Assembly: GCA_963724765.1 (NCBI GenBank)
Contig: CAVRVY010000001.1
Span: 256,001-320,000, forward strand
Length of the DNA: 64,000 bases
From: an uncultured delta proteobacterium
Lineage (GTDB): Bacteria; Desulfobacterota; Binatia; Binatales; Binataceae
Direction of reading: 5' to 3'
Numbering within the stretch: position 1 is the first letter of the stretch; the number at the start of each line of letters is the position of its first letter. Below the pieces are notes generated by a model. The model made no database searches, was not told the origin of the DNA, and was given only the letters and a program-made list of their open reading frames with translations. Of the stretch, positions 59,180 to 64,000 are shown in pieces. A program made the position numbers and the translations under genes.

Positions 59180-59974
59180 GTGGTCTCATCTCGCGCAGAC
59201 ATGGAGAGAACAATCGTGAGCCCGATGGCAATCAGCTGGACCATCTTCGCCTGCGTCTTTGGCGGAGCTCTGTTAGGCATGCTTCTTCGCCAGATCGTGC
59301 CCGCGCATCACCTGGATACCGATTCCAAAGATGTGGTGAAACTCGGGATGGCTCTGATCGCGACGATGACCGCTCTGGTGCTCGGCCTGTTGATCGCGTC
59401 GGCGAAAAGTTCCTTCGACGTTCAGAGGGGCGAATTCACCCAGCTGTCCGCCAACATCATCGAACTCGATCGCCTCCTGGCCCGCTATGGACCGGAGACC
59501 AAAGAAGCCCGTGACGTGCTGCGCCGTACTGCCCTCTCACTGGATCGCAATTGGTCCGCGAGCACGACTCGATCGGAGAAACTGGACTCTCACGAGATGA
59601 GAGCCGGGGGCGCAAGTTTCTACGAAAAGATTCAGGGTCTCGCACCGCGCAGCGACTTCCAGCGGGCAATTCAGGGACAAGCACTGCAGATAGCGCTCGA
59701 TCTGGGACGAATGCGTTCGCTGCTGCTGGAGCAGGCTGGAAGCTCCGTCCCGGCGCCGTTTTTGGTGGTGATGGTTTTCTGGCTCGCCATCATCTTCACG
59801 AGTTTCGGCCTGTTCTCGCCCCTCAACGCAACCGTGGTTACTACTCTATTCCTCTGCGCGCTTTCGGTTTCGGGCGCGATCTTCCTGATCCTGGAACTGG
59901 ACAGTCCTTTCGCTGGGCTGATGCAGATCTCCGACGCCCCGCTCCGCAACGCCCTCGCCATTCTCAGCCACTAG
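59180..59974 (+). CDS. DUF4239-like membrane protein
   Basis: LIATMTALVLGLLIASAK, ILELDSPFAG. Confidence 0.8.
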   Translation: MVSSRADMERTIVSPMAISWTIFACVFGGALLGMLLRQIVPAHHLDTDSKDVVKLGMALIATMTALVLGLLIASAKSSFDVQRGEFTQLSANIIELDRLLARYGPETKEARDVLRRTALSLDRNWSASTTRSEKLDSHEMRAGGASFYEKIQGLAPRSDFQRAIQGQALQIALDLGRMRSLLLEQAGSSVPAPFLVVMVFWLAIIFTSFGLFSPLNATVVTTLFLCALSVSGAIFLILELDSPFAGLMQISDAPLRNALAILSH

Positions 59975-60130
59975 CCCGGCGGACGCCGGCCTTCGGCGAA
60001 TGCTGGATATTGATCCAAAGTACAATATCAACCCCAACCCCGTGTGTTAGACGATCGGGCTGAGATGCGAACCCAATTGGGATCGCGGGCAGTCCAATGA
60101 GCTCTCCGAAAGCAAACCGACACGGAGCAA

Positions 60131-60949
60131 ATGGAGATGAGCCGTAAATTGTTCGTAACGCGTTGCCTGACGGCGCTGGCGACAATGATCATCGTCTCGA
60201 ACGTGGCAACCACGGCCGAGCCCGCTCCTGAAAACCAGCCGCGGGCCGCGACCAGGCAGGAGGAGCCCGGCAGCCAGGTCGATCCGCAGGCCCAGCAAAT
60301 CCTGCGTAGAGCATGCACGGCGCTGGCCGAATCCGACGCTTTCACTTTCCATGCGGAAATCAACTTCGACCGCGTGATGCCGTCACAGGTGAAGCTTCAA
60401 TTCGCGGGCGCGTCGGACTATGCGGTTCGCAGACCCAACGAACTGGCGGTTGACTACGAAAGCGATCTCGGAGCCAAGCGCCTCTGGTACAACGGCAAGA
60501 CCCTGACGATTTTCGACGCTCCCAGCATGACCTACGCGAGCACGCCGGTGCCGTCTTCGATCGACGGGATGCTGGATAGCGTTGCCGAAATGCACAACCT
60601 TACGATTCCACTGGCCGATCTGGCGCTGAGCAATCCGTGTGAACATCTGAGCAAGCGGATTCTTTTCGGCAGTTATGTCGGCATTGGTGACGTAGCAGGC
60701 GTTGCCTGCGATCACCTGGCTTTCGCGCAAAGCAACGTCGACTGGCAGATTTGGATCCAGCGTTCGGGTAAGCCCTTGCCGCGCAAAATCGTGATCAACT
60801 ACCGCACGACGCCCGGTCTGCCGCAGTACGTCGCGGTGATTTCCGACTGGAAGTTCCCAGGGACGATTTCGAGAGCCCGCTTTTCTGTCCAGATTCCAAA
60901 GAAAGCTGTGCGGATAAGGATCGTCGATGTGAAGGAGCCGCATCCATGA
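60131..60949 (+). CDS. DUF2092 periplasmic protein
   Basis: VRRPNEL, CDHLAF...VDWQIWI...PLPRKIVI. Confidence 0.82.
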   Translation: MEMSRKLFVTRCLTALATMIIVSNVATTAEPAPENQPRAATRQEEPGSQVDPQAQQILRRACTALAESDAFTFHAEINFDRVMPSQVKLQFAGASDYAVRRPNELAVDYESDLGAKRLWYNGKTLTIFDAPSMTYASTPVPSSIDGMLDSVAEMHNLTIPLADLALSNPCEHLSKRILFGSYVGIGDVAGVACDHLAFAQSNVDWQIWIQRSGKPLPRKIVINYRTTPGLPQYVAVISDWKFPGTISRARFSVQIPKKAVRIRIVDVKEPHP

Positions 60950-61998
60950 ACAGTGCAAGAGTTCATTTGACTAGCGGCCGATCGGTCGCCCGCATCGCTA
61001 TGGTGATTCTCAGCATCGCGCTCGCGAGCGCTCCCGAAGCGCTCGCATGGGGCGGCGGAAGGTTTGGCGGAGGCGGCGGAGGTGGATATCACCCTAGCGG
61101 GGGCGCCGGATATCACTCGAGCGGCGGCGGATCCTTCGGCAGTGACGGATTCCACGGCGGAAGCGTCAGCCATGCCAACAGCTATTCTCAGTCGAGCTCC
61201 CATTCCTACGGAAGTTCTCAGTCGCAGTCCGGCTATCATCCATCCGGAAGTTCTCAGTCGGCATCCGGGTATCATCCGTCCGGTAGTGCGCAGTCCGAGT
61301 ATCATCCCTCCGGCAGTTCCCAATCGGCAAGCAGTTCCTCGTACAACCCCGCGCAGCAACAGAGTCAGCGGCAGCAGTCCGCGCTTCAAGGTCAGCAGCA
61401 GAAGGAGACCTCCCAGCAGGCGCAGATGAACACGGCCAGCCAGGCGCACCAGAGCACGCTGAACACGGAGAGCTACGAACATACGAGCACGATGAACGAG
61501 GCTAACCAGGTGAACACCAACCGGATGAACACCGCGACCTCCATGCAAACCTCGCAACATAATTACAACAATAACAACTACAGCAACGGTAACTACAGCA
61601 ACGGCAACTACAACAACAGTGGCTACCATAGCAATGGCAATCCCTACGGAGGTTGTTGCTGGGGCAGTTCCAACAGCGGCAGCTCGGGAAGTAACGTTGG
61701 TGCGGCCCTGGGCGGCATGGCCGTAGGAGCGATGGTGGCGTCGCTGCCCAGGGAGGCCGCTCCGGTTTATGCTCCCGGTCCGACGCCGTACTACTATTCC
61801 AACGGCGGTTTCGTAGCGCCGGCTCAAGCGGGCGGTTACCAAGTAGTGGCCCCCCCTGCCGGCGCGATGGTGCCTTCACCGCCGTCGGGCGCACATCAGA
61901 CCACGGTAAACGGCGTCACATACTATGTGTCGGGGTCGACGTACTACGAACCTGTTTTCAGCAACGGCGAGGTCGTCTACAGAGTCGCGCAACCCTGA
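60946..61998 (+). CDS. Exported low-complexity G/S/H/Q/N-rich protein with a C-terminal Tyr-rich domain
   Basis: Signal peptide, GYHPSG repeats, Q/N tracts, YQVVAPPAGA...YYVSGSTYYEP. Confidence 0.7.
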   Translation: MNSARVHLTSGRSVARIAMVILSIALASAPEALAWGGGRFGGGGGGGYHPSGGAGYHSSGGGSFGSDGFHGGSVSHANSYSQSSSHSYGSSQSQSGYHPSGSSQSASGYHPSGSAQSEYHPSGSSQSASSSSYNPAQQQSQRQQSALQGQQQKETSQQAQMNTASQAHQSTLNTESYEHTSTMNEANQVNTNRMNTATSMQTSQHNYNNNNYSNGNYSNGNYNNSGYHSNGNPYGGCCWGSSNSGSSGSNVGAALGGMAVGAMVASLPREAAPVYAPGPTPYYYSNGGFVAPAQAGGYQVVAPPAGAMVPSPPSGAHQTTVNGVTYYVSGSTYYEPVFSNGEVVYRVAQP

Positions 61999-62107
61999 CA
62001 ATCGACCCTCTCTTGGTAGCCACAAGGGAGATTCGACCAAGATCCGATAGACACCTCTCGGGGCTTCGCCAAGCTGACTTCGTCAAGTTGAGGGCAGGGG
62101 TGACATC

Positions 62108-64000
62108 ATGAAGGCTGGACAGCATATTCGACGCAGCTTATCACTGGGTATGGTATTGACGATGGCCGGGTTAATGATGGCCAGCGTCGCACTCGCCCAG
62201 CAAATCACCGGTGTGCCTGGTTCGCCCAGCGCGATCGTGACGCTTGAGGGAAGACAACTCCCGCCGCCTCCGTTGCCGTTCGGCGGTGTAATCAAGGAAA
62301 GCTACCTGGATTCGAAGCCATACTGGCCGCCGCGCGTGGTGCCGCCCAAGGGCGCACCTAATATTCTCCTCATTATGACCGACGACCAGGGTTACGGCGT
62401 TTCGAGCACCTTCGGCGGCGTCATTCCAACGCCCGCGCTGGATCGCATCGCCAAGGCGGGATTACGTTACACGCAGTTCCATTCCACTGCGTTGTGCTCG
62501 CCCACCCGCGCCGCGCTCATTACGGGGCGCAATCATCACTCGGTCGGCTTCGGCGTGATCGGCGAGCTGTCCACGGGTTATCCGGGCTATGACTCCATTA
62601 TCGGGCCGGAAAACGCCACCATCGGCACGATCCTCCGCGACAACGGTTACGCCACCTCGTGGTTTGGCAAGAACCACAACACACCGAGCTTTCAATACAG
62701 CGTCGCCGGGCCCTTCGACCAATGGCCGGTCGGGATGGGCTTCCAGTATTTCTACGGGTTCATGGGCGGTGAGACCGACCAATGGACGCCTTATCTTTTT
62801 CGCAATACGACTCCGGTGTTTCCATGGATCGGCAAGCCCGGTTACAACCTCACCACTGACCTGGCGGATGACGCGATCGCGCATATGCGCGAATTGAACG
62901 CGTCTGCACCTGACAAGCCTTTCTTCGTCTATTACGTGCCCGGTGGCACCCACTCGCCGCACCAGCCGACCAAGGAATGGATCGACAAGTTCAAAGGCAA
63001 GTTCGACATGGGCTATGAAAAGTTGCGCGAGGAGATTTTCGCCAACCAGAAACGGCTCGGCGTGATCCCCGCGAACACCCAGCTCACCCCGTGGCCCGAC
63101 GGGCAGGCCGCGTATGCCGGCGCAAAGCTACCGAGGTGGAACTCGCTATCACTCGTACAAAAGAAACTGTACGCGCGTGAGGTGGAGGTGTTCGCGGGTT
63201 ACGCCGCCTATACCGACCATGAGATTGGCCGGGTGATTCAAGAAGTCCAGGACGAGGGCAAACTCGACAACACGCTCATCATCTATATTTGCGGCGACAA
63301 TGGCACCAGTGCCGAAGGCACTCTGTACGGAACCTTCAATCAGCTCACCGCCTACAATGGCATTCTGGACGCTTTCATGCCATTGCAATTACTGCACTAT
63401 GCAGACTGGGGCTCGGATAAGACTTATCCACATATGGCAGTGCAATGGGCGTGGGCGTTCGACACTCCGTTCAAATGGACCAAGCAGGTGGCGTCGCATT
63501 TCGGCGGCACGCGTCAGGGACTGGCTATAAGCTGGCCCGGACATATTAATGATGCAGGGGGCATCCGCACGCAGTTCCACCACGTCATTGATATCGTGCC
63601 GACGATCCTCGAAGCCACGGGTATCAGGGCGCCCGAGGAGGTCAACGGCATCAAGCAGAAGCCGATCGAGGGCGTGAGCATGGCCTACACGTTTGACAAG
63701 GCGAATGCCAATGCTCCGTCGAAGCGCAACACGCAGTATTTCGAATTGGCCGGCAACCGCGGGATTTACCACGACGGGTGGATGGCCAACACGACTCCGC
63801 CCATGCCGGTGTGGAACCTGGCAACGGGCAAGCTGCCCGACCTCATCACCGGCTACAAGTGGGAGCTTTACAACATCGCCGAAGACTACTCGCAATCCAA
63901 CGACCTCGCCGCGAAGATGCCTGACAAGCTAAAAGAAATGCAGGCGTTGTTCATGACAGAGGCGGCGAAATACAACGTCTTCCCTTTGGATAACCGGGCC
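62108..64000 (+). CDS. Arylsulfatase (AtsA-like), truncated by window end
   Basis: Read from ATG 62108: PNILLIMTDDQG, LCSPTRAAL, GKNH, GDNG; absent from the ORF track because there is no stop in the window. Confidence 0.9.
   Translation, partial: MKAGQHIRRSLSLGMVLTMAGLMMASVALAQQITGVPGSPSAIVTLEGRQLPPPPLPFGGVIKESYLDSKPYWPPRVVPPKGAPNILLIMTDDQGYGVSSTFGGVIPTPALDRIAKAGLRYTQFHSTALCSPTRAALITGRNHHSVGFGVIGELSTGYPGYDSIIGPENATIGTILRDNGYATSWFGKNHNTPSFQYSVAGPFDQWPVGMGFQYFYGFMGGETDQWTPYLFRNTTPVFPWIGKPGYNLTTDLADDAIAHMRELNASAPDKPFFVYYVPGGTHSPHQPTKEWIDKFKGKFDMGYEKLREEIFANQKRLGVIPANTQLTPWPDGQAAYAGAKLPRWNSLSLVQKKLYAREVEVFAGYAAYTDHEIGRVIQEVQDEGKLDNTLIIYICGDNGTSAEGTLYGTFNQLTAYNGILDAFMPLQLLHYADWGSDKTYPHMAVQWAWAFDTPFKWTKQVASHFGGTRQGLAISWPGHINDAGGIRTQFHHVIDIVPTILEATGIRAPEEVNGIKQKPIEGVSMAYTFDKANANAPSKRNTQYFELAGNRGIYHDGWMANTTPPMPVWNLATGKLPDLITGYKWELYNIAEDYSQSNDLAAKMPDKLKEMQALFMTEAAKYNVFPLDNRA

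Noticed and set aside
60799-61842. 347-aa minus-strand ORF and many other long antisense ORFs (e.g. 47495-48433, 43042-43926, 18911-19702)
   Set aside because: Shadow frames of well-supported genes in GC-rich sequence, with no recognisable motifs

Overview
GC-rich bacterial window; the gene content (DUF1329, multiple sulfatases, desaturases) is compatible with Candidatus Binatia, but that is inference only. 1-5.7 kb: end of a heme-copper oxidase cluster extended by a cupredoxin, a beta-barrel protein, a monoheme cytochrome c and heme o synthase. 8206-14446: a complete 6.2-kb IS1595-family cargo transposon with 23-bp inverted repeats and an 8-bp target duplication. It carries a VapB45/VapC45-like toxin-antitoxin pair, a type IIG restriction-modification enzyme, three small ORFs and an atypical 88-nt tRNA with a tRNA-Leu-type body (long variable arm) but a Pro UGG anticodon and Pro acceptor identity (C1:G72, A73). 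The element sits in the T-loop motif of a tRNA-like 3' fragment. 15-35 kb: decayed accessory region with DMFase-like genes, IS110, integrase-core and IstB remnants, RM remnants, a phage-satellite-like remnant, and a desaturase/GNAT-like/ImmA-like/XRE cassette. 35-64 kb: DUF1329, four sulfatases, a two-component system, pqiABC, beta-barrel and membrane proteins. No CRISPR array or rRNA was seen. Protein family calls are from motif recognition, not database searches.
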